This document shows, one piece after another, positions 37,875 to 46,578 of a stretch of 64,000 nucleotides of DNA. Numbering within the stretch: the stretch's first letter is position 1; every line of letters begins with the position of its first letter. Source of the DNA: an uncultured Syntrophaceae bacterium (GTDB lineage: Bacteria; Desulfobacterota; Syntrophia; Syntrophales; UBA2192); assembly GCA_964628025.1 (NCBI GenBank), contig CAZVLL010000006.1, positions 946-64,945 on the forward strand, given 5' to 3'. The translations under genes and the position numbers were made by a program. The notes below the pieces were generated by a model. The model was not told the origin of the DNA, did not search any database, and was given only the letters and a program-made list of their open reading frames with translations.

Positions 37875-38708
37875 ATGCATCTGGACAGAAAAGTATGTTC
37901 CATCTGTGCGTGGCGGGAGCACTGCCAGAAAAGATTCCAAGTCGCGACAGACGCGCTGTGCAACGTGAATTGCCCGGACTATACGCGGGACGTGCAGATC
38001 CGGGACAGCGAAGTCGAGTCGAGGATCGTCCAGGAGCAGCTCGACAAATGGCAGCGGGAAAAGAAGCCGATTCACGAATACAGCATCACAATATCGAGAC
38101 AGGCCGGGGCAGGCGGAAGCGAAATTGCCCGTATCCTTGCCCGGAAAACGAACATGGACCTCATGGCAGGTCAGATCATCCAGGGGGTGGCCGAGAGCTC
38201 CAAGATGAGCACGAAGGTCGTCGAGACGCTCGACGAGAAGGCCGTCACGACCATGGAGAGCTGGGTCAACTCGCTGTTCGTTTCCCGTCATCTCTGGCCC
38301 AGCGATTATCTGAAGCATCTCACGAGGGTGATCGGCACGATCGGCAAGCACGGCAACGCCATCATTGTGGGCCGCGGGGCCGGCTACATTCTTCCGCCGG
38401 AGACAACATTCCGCGTGAAGGTCATCGCTCCGCTGGAGTACCGGATCGAGAGCATGATGCGGATCCGGAACCTATCCAGGACCGACGCGCAGACATACAT
38501 CGAACATCGGGATGCCGATCGGGTCGCTTTCGTCCGCAAGTACTTCCGTGCGGACTCGATGGATCCAATTCACTTCGACATCGTGATCAATACGGAAAAG
38601 GTCGGGATCGACGACGCCGCGGATGCCATCCTCGTGGCCTTCCGGGGCTGGACCAAGCTGTTTGATGCGAAAAACAACAACGCCCAGAAGACGGCGAAGG
38701 CCGTTTGA
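37875..38708 (+). CDS. cytidylate-kinase-like (Cytidylate_kin2-type) protein with N-terminal Cys-rich motif, copy 1
   Basis: RBS GAAGGAGGTGAAGGA. N-terminal CSIC-x5-C-x11-C-x3-C, P-loop-like ITISRQAGAGGSEIA lacking the Walker Lys, and central GNAIIVGRGAGYIL. Confidence 0.6.
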   Translation: MHLDRKVCSICAWREHCQKRFQVATDALCNVNCPDYTRDVQIRDSEVESRIVQEQLDKWQREKKPIHEYSITISRQAGAGGSEIARILARKTNMDLMAGQIIQGVAESSKMSTKVVETLDEKAVTTMESWVNSLFVSRHLWPSDYLKHLTRVIGTIGKHGNAIIVGRGAGYILPPETTFRVKVIAPLEYRIESMMRIRNLSRTDAQTYIEHRDADRVAFVRKYFRADSMDPIHFDIVINTEKVGIDDAADAILVAFRGWTKLFDAKNNNAQKTAKAV

Positions 38709-38811
38709 GCGTTGAAAAAACGTCGCACTTTTTCTTCTTTACTGATGCATCGAATCCGGATATTATACGGCCAACTCATTCAGTTCGATGCAAACGAGGA
38801 GGTGTCAATAG

Positions 38812-39651
38812 ATGTCGACGGAACGGAGAGTCTGTGCCATTTGTATCTCCCTCGAAGACTGCCTGAAGCGCTTCGACGTTAAGACGGATGATGATTACAA
38901 CGTCATCTGTTCCGATTATGCGCGGGACCCGAAGGTCAAAGACAGCGAAGTGGAGGCGATGATCGTCCAGGCTGTTCTGGAGAAGTGGCAGCGGGACGGA
39001 ATTTCCCAGAATGAATTCGTCATCACCATCTCCAGGCAGGCCGGTGCCGGAGGCAGCGAGATCGCGCGCGTCCTGTCCCAGAAGACGAAGATGGACCTCA
39101 TGGCGGGGCAGATCATCCAGCGTGTCGCTGAAAGCAGCAAGGCGAGCGCAAAAGTCATCGAGACCCTCGACGAGAAATCCGTCAGCGCCATGGAAAGCTG
39201 GGTCAAATCCATTTTTTCATCGAGTCGTCCCTCGGCGAGTGAATACCTGGGGCACCTCAGCCGCGTCATCGCAACGATCGGCAAGCACGGCAACGCCATC
39301 ATCGTGGGCCGGGGCGCGAATTACATCCTTCCGCCCGAAACGACGTTCCGGGTGAAGATCATCGCCCCGCTGGAGTATCGCATCGAAAGCATGATGCGAA
39401 TCCGAAGCCTGCCCCGGGAAGAAGCGAAGAAATACATCGAGAAGCGCGATGCCGACCGGATTGCCTTCGTGAGAACCTACTTCGAGACGGACTGGCTGGA
39501 AGTCAACCCGCTGAGCTTCGACCTGGTCATCAATACGGAAAAGGTAGGTATCGACGGGGCCGTCGATGCAATCCTCGTCAGCTTCCAGGAATGGAGGAAA
39601 GTATACGAAGCAAGAAAACAGCTGGAGCCCTGGAAATCAGAGGTTCACTGA
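38812..39651 (+). CDS. cytidylate-kinase-like protein with N-terminal Cys-rich motif, copy 2 (tandem paralogue)
   Basis: About 70% aa identity by eye to copy 1. Same CxxC-x5-C...C N-terminus and identical ITISRQAGAGGSEIAR block. RBS GAGGAGG. Confidence 0.6.
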   Translation: MSTERRVCAICISLEDCLKRFDVKTDDDYNVICSDYARDPKVKDSEVEAMIVQAVLEKWQRDGISQNEFVITISRQAGAGGSEIARVLSQKTKMDLMAGQIIQRVAESSKASAKVIETLDEKSVSAMESWVKSIFSSSRPSASEYLGHLSRVIATIGKHGNAIIVGRGANYILPPETTFRVKIIAPLEYRIESMMRIRSLPREEAKKYIEKRDADRIAFVRTYFETDWLEVNPLSFDLVINTEKVGIDGAVDAILVSFQEWRKVYEARKQLEPWKSEVH

Positions 39652-39694
39652 GCGCAGGCCGTAAACGCCCGTCATCACAATCCTCGGGATTCCG

Positions 39695-39727
39695 AAATCC
39701 CGGCACCATCGTGCCGGGATTTTTTTA
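39695..39727. terminator. bidirectional intrinsic terminator between convergent genes
   Basis: AAATCCCGGCAC - CATC - GTGCCGGGATTT flanked by an A-run and a T-run. The T-run overlaps the stop of the minus-strand hdrB-like gene. Confidence 0.8.
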
Positions 39728-40597
39728 TGCGAGTCCCCTGCTGCGGAGTAGGGGAAGGGAACTGACCAGCAGTTTATTCAGACCGGTCTGCCTGGGGGGA
39801 AACCCATAGGCAAGACCCATCAGTTGTGTAAAATAGAGTACCGGCAGGTCGTAGAGAATGCCCTGCGCTTTTTCGATGGCCTTCTGCCGGGAGTCCAGGT
39901 TGACCTGGCACATCGGGCAGGCAACCACGATCGCGTCGGCGCCGGCCCCGCGGGCGGACTTCAGCACCTGCCCGCCCAGGTCGATGACGATGTCCGTCTG
40001 GGATGCGGCAAAAGCCCCCCCGCAGCACTCGGCCTTGTGGGACCATGGGACCGTATCGGCACCCAGCGCATGCAGGAGGCTATCCATGGAGGTCGGCTGC
40101 TCGGGATCGTCGAAGCAGACAATGGCACGGGGCCTTGTGAGGAGGCAACCGTAGTAAGCGGCGAGTTTCAATCCTTTCAGGGGTCTTAAGACTGGTTCGG
40201 CGAGCCGCTGCAAGCCCGTCCATTCCACAAGGGCCTGCATGAGGTGAGACACGACAGGGAGGTTCGAGAGCGGCGCCTCGACGACCATTTCCATCCTCTC
40301 CCGCACTTCCGTCGAATGTTTCAATGCATGGGCGACGCCCTTCATGCGATTGAAACAGCCTGCACAGGGGGTGGTTACCCGGTCGAGGTTCATGCGGTTG
40401 ACGGAGGCGAGATTGCGTGCGCTCAAGCCCAGGGTCAGCTCGCGGTCGAGGCTGTGGGCCGCCGTAGCACCGCAGCAGTTCCAGTCCTCGACCTCCAGCA
40501 GGCGGATTCCGAGACGCCTGCAGACGAGCTCCGCGGAACGACCGTATTCTCGGGCGATGCCATGGAGGGAGCATCCGGGGTAGTAGGCGATGTCCAT
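39725..40597 (-). CDS. hdrB: HdrB-like protein with two CCG domains (distal copy)
   Basis: YYPGCSLHG...EDWNCCGA and AAYYGCLLTRP...AECCGGAF are two CCG-domain signatures. I prefer ATG 40597 (MDIAYYPGC). Confidence 0.8.
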   Translation of the reverse strand: MDIAYYPGCSLHGIAREYGRSAELVCRRLGIRLLEVEDWNCCGATAAHSLDRELTLGLSARNLASVNRMNLDRVTTPCAGCFNRMKGVAHALKHSTEVRERMEMVVEAPLSNLPVVSHLMQALVEWTGLQRLAEPVLRPLKGLKLAAYYGCLLTRPRAIVCFDDPEQPTSMDSLLHALGADTVPWSHKAECCGGAFAASQTDIVIDLGGQVLKSARGAGADAIVVACPMCQVNLDSRQKAIEKAQGILYDLPVLYFTQLMGLAYGFPPRQTGLNKLLVSSLPLLRSRGLA

Positions 40598-40602
40598 CCC
40601 GT

Positions 40603-41184
40603 TCAATCCTTCTTGTGAATCCATTCACCATGGAAAAGGCGTCTTACCGTTTCCAGGCCTTTGACCCCTGACGAAAAGGGGTTCAGTTTTCCCTTGAGGA
40701 ACATCTTCAGGCCGAGTTCGGCGTCGTTTGTGTACCGGCCCGTTGCCGCGTTGAACCGGATCATGAGGCCCATCTCCGAGATGCGCCCTCTTTCTCGGAT
40801 CTGCTCGAGCATGAGGTTGTGAAAGAGCCCAACGGCGGGACGGGTGGCCGGGATTCCCTTCCGATGGGCCTTCTCCCGGAGATGGTCCAGGATCTGCGGG
40901 ATATCGATGCCCGAAGGGCAGCGGTCGAGGCAAAGATGGCAGGAAAGGCAGATCCAGAGTGCGTCCATTTTCATCAGGGTCTCTTCCGCACCCAGCTTCA
41001 CGAGCTGAACGATTTTCCGCGGGGTGTAGTCGAAGACATGTCCGTTGGAACAGCCCCCGGAGCACTTCCCGCACTCGAGGCAGGTATCGAGGTCGATGCC
41101 GAAGAGATCCTTCAGCTCCCTTTTCAGGGCACTGTCGGTCTTTTCAAGCCGTATCGGTGTGTAGAAATCCGGGTTCATGCTCAT
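40603..41184 (-). CDS. hdrC: HdrC-like 2x[4Fe-4S] ferredoxin-domain protein (distal copy)
   Basis: CLECGKCSGGC and CLSCHLCLDRCP cluster motifs. Size 193 aa. Confidence 0.8.
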   Translation of the reverse strand: MSMNPDFYTPIRLEKTDSALKRELKDLFGIDLDTCLECGKCSGGCSNGHVFDYTPRKIVQLVKLGAEETLMKMDALWICLSCHLCLDRCPSGIDIPQILDHLREKAHRKGIPATRPAVGLFHNLMLEQIRERGRISEMGLMIRFNAATGRYTNDAELGLKMFLKGKLNPFSSGVKGLETVRRLFHGEWIHKKD

Positions 41185-41187
41185 CCT

Positions 41188-42222
41188 TCAGGGACTCTGG
41201 CTGAACAGCGCAATGACGCCTGCGGCCGCCGCCGCGCCCTCGTTCCGCGCACCGGCCGTTTCAACGGCAAAGCCGCATCCGCCGGCGAAGAAGACCCGTT
41301 CCGCGCACCGGACCGGCTCAAAGGGATCCTGTTCGATAAAGCCGTACTCGTCGGTGCGGCAGCCGAAGAGTCCGGCGAGAATACCCGTCTCACGGCGCGG
41401 CACAAGGGCCGAGGCCAGGACCACCACGTCGACGGCCACCTCGATCGGGATCCCCATCAGGGTGTCTTCGGCCCTGACGATCAGCCTGCCGTCTTCGGGC
41501 AGGACCTTGGCCGGTCGCCCCCGGACATAACGAACGTGCTTTTCCTCGATGACGTGCCGGACAAACTCCTCGTAGTGCCTGCCGGAAGCCCGGTAGTCCA
41601 TGTAGAAAACATAAACCCCGGCATCGGGGAAAAGGTCCTTGATGAGTCCCGCCTGCTTGGCCGTGTACATACAGCAGATCTTCGAGCAGTAAGGGTTTCC
41701 CTTCGATCGATCGCGGGACCCGACGCACTGGATGAAGGCCACACTGCCGGGCTTGTCCCCGACTCCGAGCGCCCATTGTTTCAGACGTTTTTCAAATTCC
41801 AGGGAATTCACAACGCCGGGATAGATCCCGTGGCCGTATTCCCCGTAGACCGAGGCATCCATCAGTTCAAAACCGGTGGCCACGATGACGGCCTCGACGT
41901 CCAGCTCGCTTTCGCTGCCGTCGTGCAGGCTTTTCAGCGAGACACGGAAACCCCTTTCCTGTCGCAGGCTCGATGTGACAACGGTCTGCGTTCGGATCGA
42001 AGCCTGTTGCGACCGGACGAGGAGGGACTTTCGCTGCTCGATCAGCTCCCCGGGATTTTCCCATTTCGGGAAACTGCTGTGCAGGTCCCGCAGTGTGCCC
42101 CCGAGTTCGGGCTCTTTTTCTACCAGCACGACGCCAAACCCGGCCTGCGCGACCCGCAGCGCGGCTTCCATTCCTGCCGGGCCCCCTCCGATCACGAGGG
42201 CTGTTTTCTTTGTTTCCTGCAT
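41188..42222 (-). CDS. hdrA: short HdrA-like flavoprotein (344 aa, no ferredoxin domains)
   Basis: FAD fold ALVIGGGPAGMEAAL...EKEPELGGT. HdrA-type Cys cluster motif CVGSRDRSKGNPYCSKICCMY. Confidence 0.8.
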   Translation of the reverse strand: MQETKKTALVIGGGPAGMEAALRVAQAGFGVVLVEKEPELGGTLRDLHSSFPKWENPGELIEQRKSLLVRSQQASIRTQTVVTSSLRQERGFRVSLKSLHDGSESELDVEAVIVATGFELMDASVYGEYGHGIYPGVVNSLEFEKRLKQWALGVGDKPGSVAFIQCVGSRDRSKGNPYCSKICCMYTAKQAGLIKDLFPDAGVYVFYMDYRASGRHYEEFVRHVIEEKHVRYVRGRPAKVLPEDGRLIVRAEDTLMGIPIEVAVDVVVLASALVPRRETGILAGLFGCRTDEYGFIEQDPFEPVRCAERVFFAGGCGFAVETAGARNEGAAAAAGVIALFSQSP

Positions 42223-42237
42223 GGAGCAGATTCCTTT

Positions 42238-43170
42238 CTAGAGGCCCAGCTTTTTCAGAACTCCGGCCAGTGAAACCGTGTTGGCCTCGAATCCCAGCTT
42301 TTCCAGCGGCACACCGATGGCAAGGGCGATGAGCTGGGAAAGGTCAATCACGGGGATACTGAAATTCCCGCCGTACCGCTTGGCGAGATGGGGCTGTTCG
42401 CGGTCGAGCGCCACATTGCATCCCGGGCATACGGTCGTGATCAGTTCGACCCCTCCCTCCCGGGCGCTGGAGAGCTTTTTGAAGAGATGGGGCTGGACCG
42501 TTTCCTCTTTGTGGGTAAAACCCCGTCCCACCGAGTAGCCGCAGCACAACTGACGTTCTTGGTAAAATACCGGCGTGCCTCCTAGGATCTCCACGATTTC
42601 CTCATGAAACGTGGGGTAGCCGCCGTCGTCGAAGATCCCGTATTGCTTGGCCAGGTAGTGACAGCCATAGTGCACACCCACCTTCAGCCCGGCAAGGGGT
42701 CGCACCACCTTTTTGCCGATCTGTTCCCGCAGGCGGTACCACATTTCCTGGACGTGGTAGATTTGCGTTTTGCCCTCATACCGGTGTCCCCAGCGCGCAA
42801 CCAGGTCGTTGGCCATTTTCAGGTAGTCCGGGTTGTGCATCATGATGTGGGACAATTCGCTGAGGTATCCGTAGCACCCGTTGCAGAAGGTGTAGGTGTC
42901 CAGATCCTTCTTTTCGATGATGGAGAGGTTTCGGGCCGTGATGGCCAGAGAGACCTCCGGCTTGTGGGCCGAGCAGGTGAGAAGATATCCGGAGCAGCAG
43001 GTCTGGTCGGGATCCATCAGGGCGCGTATGCCGAGGCTCCCGAGGGTTTCCTTCACGGCGTTTTCCGTTCCGGGATATTCGAGACTGCCGGTGCAGCTCC
43101 GGAAAAGGAAAACGGCGTCGGGGATCGTGGGGATTTTCTCCTCCGGGCGGATGACCCGCTGCTTACGCAC
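42238..43170 (-). CDS. hdrB: HdrB-like protein with two CCG domains (proximal copy)
   Basis: FRSCTGSLEY...DQTCCSG and GVHYGCHYLAK...RQLCCGYS. Confidence 0.8.
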   Translation of the reverse strand: MRKQRVIRPEEKIPTIPDAVFLFRSCTGSLEYPGTENAVKETLGSLGIRALMDPDQTCCSGYLLTCSAHKPEVSLAITARNLSIIEKKDLDTYTFCNGCYGYLSELSHIMMHNPDYLKMANDLVARWGHRYEGKTQIYHVQEMWYRLREQIGKKVVRPLAGLKVGVHYGCHYLAKQYGIFDDGGYPTFHEEIVEILGGTPVFYQERQLCCGYSVGRGFTHKEETVQPHLFKKLSSAREGGVELITTVCPGCNVALDREQPHLAKRYGGNFSIPVIDLSQLIALAIGVPLEKLGFEANTVSLAGVLKKLGL

Positions 43171-43780
43171 CGATGATCCTCCCTTCCAGGTAAGAGAGTG
43201 CCAGCGGCTGGTCCTCTTCCTCGTGGATTCCTTCGAGAAATTCGGTCGTTCCGGTCAGATCAAAGAGGGTTCGGTACTCCTCCCGGGCCTTCTCCGAGAT
43301 CTCCGGCCAGGGGGTGAGCCCGATTCTGGTGCGCAGGGCCATGATCCGATCCCTTCCTTTGGCTCCGCCCGGCGCAAAGGTGAGGCCGTCCTCTCGCGCC
43401 CGAAGCGCAAATCGCTTGAACGGGACAATGTATTTCAGGCCGTGACGGGATGCGACGGCCCGATAGCGAAGCTGCATCATCAGAAGAGGGAAATGAATGT
43501 CCATCGGGCACTGGGTGTAGCAGCCGGCGCACCAGAAGCATCGCCAGATTTCCTCGCTGGCAAGCCAGCGGGTCTGAGAGCCGCTCAGGATATCGTGGAT
43601 GATCTGACGGGGATTGTAGGAAGGGGAAAGGCTCGCGACGGGGCAGGTACCGACGCATTTTCCGCACTGCAGGCAACTCTCAAGATTTTCAACGAGACGG
43701 TAGGCATCAACGACGCCGTAGAGATGATCGTCCCGGTCTCTGTATCGTTCTCTCGGCAACGCCGGCATCTCCTTTGGCAA
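43163..43780 (-). CDS. hdrC: HdrC-like 2x[4Fe-4S] protein (proximal copy)
   Basis: CLQCGKCVGTCP and CFWCAGCYTQCP. Overlaps the downstream hdrB start by 8 nt. Confidence 0.8.
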   Translation of the reverse strand: MPKEMPALPRERYRDRDDHLYGVVDAYRLVENLESCLQCGKCVGTCPVASLSPSYNPRQIIHDILSGSQTRWLASEEIWRCFWCAGCYTQCPMDIHFPLLMMQLRYRAVASRHGLKYIVPFKRFALRAREDGLTFAPGGAKGRDRIMALRTRIGLTPWPEISEKAREEYRTLFDLTGTTEFLEGIHEEEDQPLALSYLEGRIIGA

Positions 43781-43791
43781 ACAGATTTCTT

Positions 43792-43821
43792 ACCCTATTC
43801 GTGATGAACGAATTCTGTCAA
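43792..43821 (-). promoter_or_regulatory. candidate sigma70-type promoter with embedded 6-5-6 palindrome upstream of the hdr array
   Basis: Minus strand reads TTGACA - 18 nt - TAGGGT. The spacer contains ATTCGT-TCATC-ACGAAT (plus-strand coordinates 43797-43813). It lies in the 65-nt gap between the amidohydrolase and hdrC. Confidence 0.3.
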
Positions 43822-43845
43822 GGCCGATTCGCCGCCCCTCACGGT

Positions 43846-45174
43846 TCAGGGTTTTTCCCTGACGCGGGCCGCAATCTGGCGCACGTCGTCCATGACCTTC
43901 GGCAGGTTCATGGTATGCAGGATCCGGTTTCGCATGACGATCTTTCCGTTGATGACCGAATCCCGCACGTCGCTGCCCCGGCAGGCATAGACGATCTGGG
44001 AGTACAGACTGTACAGTGGCGTAAGGTGCGGCTTTCTCATGTCCAAAACGATGATGTCGGCACATTTCCCGGGCTCGATGGACCCGATGAGATCTTGAAT
44101 TCCCAGCGCACGGGCGCCACCGATCGTGGCGATCGTAAGCGCCGTTGCGGCATCCATGGCGGTCGGATCCATGGTAGAGACCTTGTGGATCTTCGCCATC
44201 GTATCGAGCTCGAGCAGCATGTCCAGATCGTTGTTGCTCGCGCACCCGTCCGTCCCCAGACCGACGGGAATCCCGCGCTTCATGAGTTCCGGAATACGCG
44301 CGATGCCTGATGCGAGCTTCATGTTGCTCTCGGGGCAGTGGCAGACGGACGTGCCGGTTGCCGCAAGGATGTCCATCTCGCTCTCGTCGAGCCACACGCA
44401 GTGCACGGCTGCCGTTTTGCCGCCGAGAATGCCGATCCTGTCGAGATAGTGAACCGGCCGAAGCCCGTAGCGTGAAACAATGATGTCCACCTCCTCCTTC
44501 GTCTCGGCGAGGTGCATCATGAAGGGTACGTCCGCTTCCCCGGCAATTCGCTTCACCGTCTGCAGGGTTTCCGTTGCGCAGGTATAGGCGGAGTGGCAGA
44601 AGAGCGACGGCGTGACCATCGGGCTGAGGGGCTTCCATTTCGCGATGAATTTCTCTGCCGCCGACGCCTTGTTCCGGAGTTCGTCCGCATCGGGGGGAGA
44701 GAAATCGATGAACCCCTGGCCTGCCACGATGCGTACCCCGGCGTCGACGGCGGCCTGCACAACGTTGCTTTCATAAAAGTAGCTGTCACAACAGGTCGTT
44801 GTCCCTGAGAGAATCATCTCGGCCATCCCGAGGAGGGCGCCCCGGTAGATCATGTCGCGGTTGACGTGCTTCGCCTCGGCGGGGAACATGTGATCGTGAA
44901 GCCACTCCATCAGCGGCAGGTCGTCGGCAAGCCCGCGAAAGCACGTCATCGGCAGATGGGTGTGCGTGTTCACCAGGCCCGGCATGACGACGCAGCCTGT
45001 GGCGTCGATGGTTTCAGTTGTTCGTATCGGGGGGGCATCGGCCCTGTTCGAAACGAAACGGATCCTGCCTGCGGAGATGCCGATGACGGAGTCCTCGATG
45101 ACGTCCATACGGTCGGAAAGGGTGAGTGCCGTTCCCCCTGTGATGAGAATGTCTATCGTTTCTGCCGGGTTCAT
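43846..45174 (-). CDS. mtaD: amidohydrolase, MTA/SAH-deaminase (MtaD)-like, copy 1
   Basis: PGLVNTHTHLPMTCFRGLADDLPLMEWL, HLAETKEE, AVHCVWL, LGTDGCASNNDLDM: the metal-ligand pattern of the TRZ/ATZ-MtaD subgroup. Confidence 0.75.
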   Translation of the reverse strand: MNPAETIDILITGGTALTLSDRMDVIEDSVIGISAGRIRFVSNRADAPPIRTTETIDATGCVVMPGLVNTHTHLPMTCFRGLADDLPLMEWLHDHMFPAEAKHVNRDMIYRGALLGMAEMILSGTTTCCDSYFYESNVVQAAVDAGVRIVAGQGFIDFSPPDADELRNKASAAEKFIAKWKPLSPMVTPSLFCHSAYTCATETLQTVKRIAGEADVPFMMHLAETKEEVDIIVSRYGLRPVHYLDRIGILGGKTAAVHCVWLDESEMDILAATGTSVCHCPESNMKLASGIARIPELMKRGIPVGLGTDGCASNNDLDMLLELDTMAKIHKVSTMDPTAMDAATALTIATIGGARALGIQDLIGSIEPGKCADIIVLDMRKPHLTPLYSLYSQIVYACRGSDVRDSVINGKIVMRNRILHTMNLPKVMDDVRQIAARVREKP

Positions 45175-45175
45175 G

Positions 45176-46510
45176 TCAAACTCCCTGCATCCCTAGACTG
45201 TCCCGGATCCGCCGGGCGATACGGTTGACGCGATCCATGACCTCCTCCTCGTCGACGGTGAGTAATTTTCTGTTTTTCATCACTACCCGACCGTTGATTA
45301 CGACGGAGTCCACGTCGGACCCGGAGGCGCAATAGACGAGGTGTGAATCTTCGTGGTAGAGGGGTGTCAGGTGGGGCCGGTTAAAATCGACGGTGATGAT
45401 GTCGGCCTTCATGCCCGGCCGCAGGACCCCGACTTTTCCTTCCAGCCCGAGGGCACGGGCGCCGTCGCGAGTCGCCATTTTCAGGACCGTCGCGGCACTC
45501 ATGACCGTGGGGTCCAGGCGGAAGGCCTTATGAAGCTTGGCCGCCGTGTCCATCTCCTGAAACATGTCCAGGTTGTTGTTGCTTGCGCACCCATCCGTGC
45601 CCAGGGCCACCGTCACTCCCGCCGCCAGCAGGTCCGGTATAGGTGCAACGCCCGAAGCCAGTTTCATGTTGCTCTCGGGGTTGTGAACGACCTTCACTCC
45701 CGCCCGGGCGAACATCTCGATCTCCTCGGTTTCAAGCCATACGCAGTGAAAGGCCACGAGGTTGTCCTCAAGCAGGCCGATGTCGCGGAGGTATTGCACA
45801 GGGCTACGCCCAAGCTTTTCGAGGAGGCCGTCCCTTTCCGATTTCGTCTCCAGGAGGTGCAGTGCCAGGGGGGCCCCGTAGCGGTCGGCCAGCGCCTTGG
45901 ATTTTTTCAGAAGATCCTCCGAGCACGTGTAGAGGGCGTGAGGCTCCACGGTGATCCGGACCAGCGGGTCTTCGGCCCATTTCTCCAGGAGCTCCTTCGT
46001 GACTGCGAGGCCTTCATCGGGCGTCTTGAAGCGGGGGGAAGGGAAGTCGAAAAGCACTTCCCCGAGAAGGCAGCGCATCCCGGCGCTTTTTGCGGCTTTG
46101 GCCATCTCCTCTTCGAAGATGTACATGTCGCAGAACGTGGTCGTTCCCGAGCGGATCATCTCGATGCAGGCCAGCAGGCTTCCCCAGTAAGCCAGTTCCG
46201 GGTCCACGTTTTTCGCTTCGGCGGGGAAAATATAGTTGTTGAGCCACTCCATGAGTTCCAGGTCATCGGCAATTCCCCGGAAGCAGGTCATGGCGGCATG
46301 GGTATGGGCATTGACAAGCCCGGGCATGATCACGTGGCTTGTTGCGGAAATCGTATCCCTGCCGCGGTAGCGTTTCGCAATGTCGGCCCGGGGACCCATG
46401 GCGACAATCGTGTCTTTATGAATAACCAGCGCGCCCGACGGGATCGTCGGATTCGTCTCGTCGAGTGTGACGATCGTACCGCCTTCAATGAGGATGTCGA
46501 CTTCCTGCAT
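45176..46510 (-). CDS. mtaD: amidohydrolase, MtaD-like, copy 2 (tandem paralogue)
   Basis: Same motifs (PGLVNAHTHAAMTCFRGIADDLELMEWL, LGTDGCASNNNLDM). Start moved to ATG 46510 (RBS GGGAGAG). The longer track ORF would run into the tRNA gene. Confidence 0.75.
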   Translation of the reverse strand: MQEVDILIEGGTIVTLDETNPTIPSGALVIHKDTIVAMGPRADIAKRYRGRDTISATSHVIMPGLVNAHTHAAMTCFRGIADDLELMEWLNNYIFPAEAKNVDPELAYWGSLLACIEMIRSGTTTFCDMYIFEEEMAKAAKSAGMRCLLGEVLFDFPSPRFKTPDEGLAVTKELLEKWAEDPLVRITVEPHALYTCSEDLLKKSKALADRYGAPLALHLLETKSERDGLLEKLGRSPVQYLRDIGLLEDNLVAFHCVWLETEEIEMFARAGVKVVHNPESNMKLASGVAPIPDLLAAGVTVALGTDGCASNNNLDMFQEMDTAAKLHKAFRLDPTVMSAATVLKMATRDGARALGLEGKVGVLRPGMKADIITVDFNRPHLTPLYHEDSHLVYCASGSDVDSVVINGRVVMKNRKLLTVDEEEVMDRVNRIARRIRDSLGMQGV

Positions 46511-46578
46511 ACATTCTCTCCCGAGTAACTTGACAGCCTTCTGCAAAGATACTATACATGCCGAGGTTTGCCGCAAAA

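Noticed and set aside
37496-38665. 389-aa plus-strand ORF in an alternative frame across atpG and the first cytidylate-kinase-like gene
   Set aside because: It is Arg/Gly/Pro-rich and overlaps two genes that have good RBSs and conserved paralogue structure. Frame artefact.
40819-42273. 484-aa plus-strand ORF antisense to hdrC/hdrA. Similar antisense ORFs occur at 43790..44638, 45353..46528, 48248..49501, 52966..54120, 58174..59544 and 59441..60736.
   Set aside because: All are antisense to genes with clear catalytic or cofactor motifs, are compositionally biased, and lack start-site signals.
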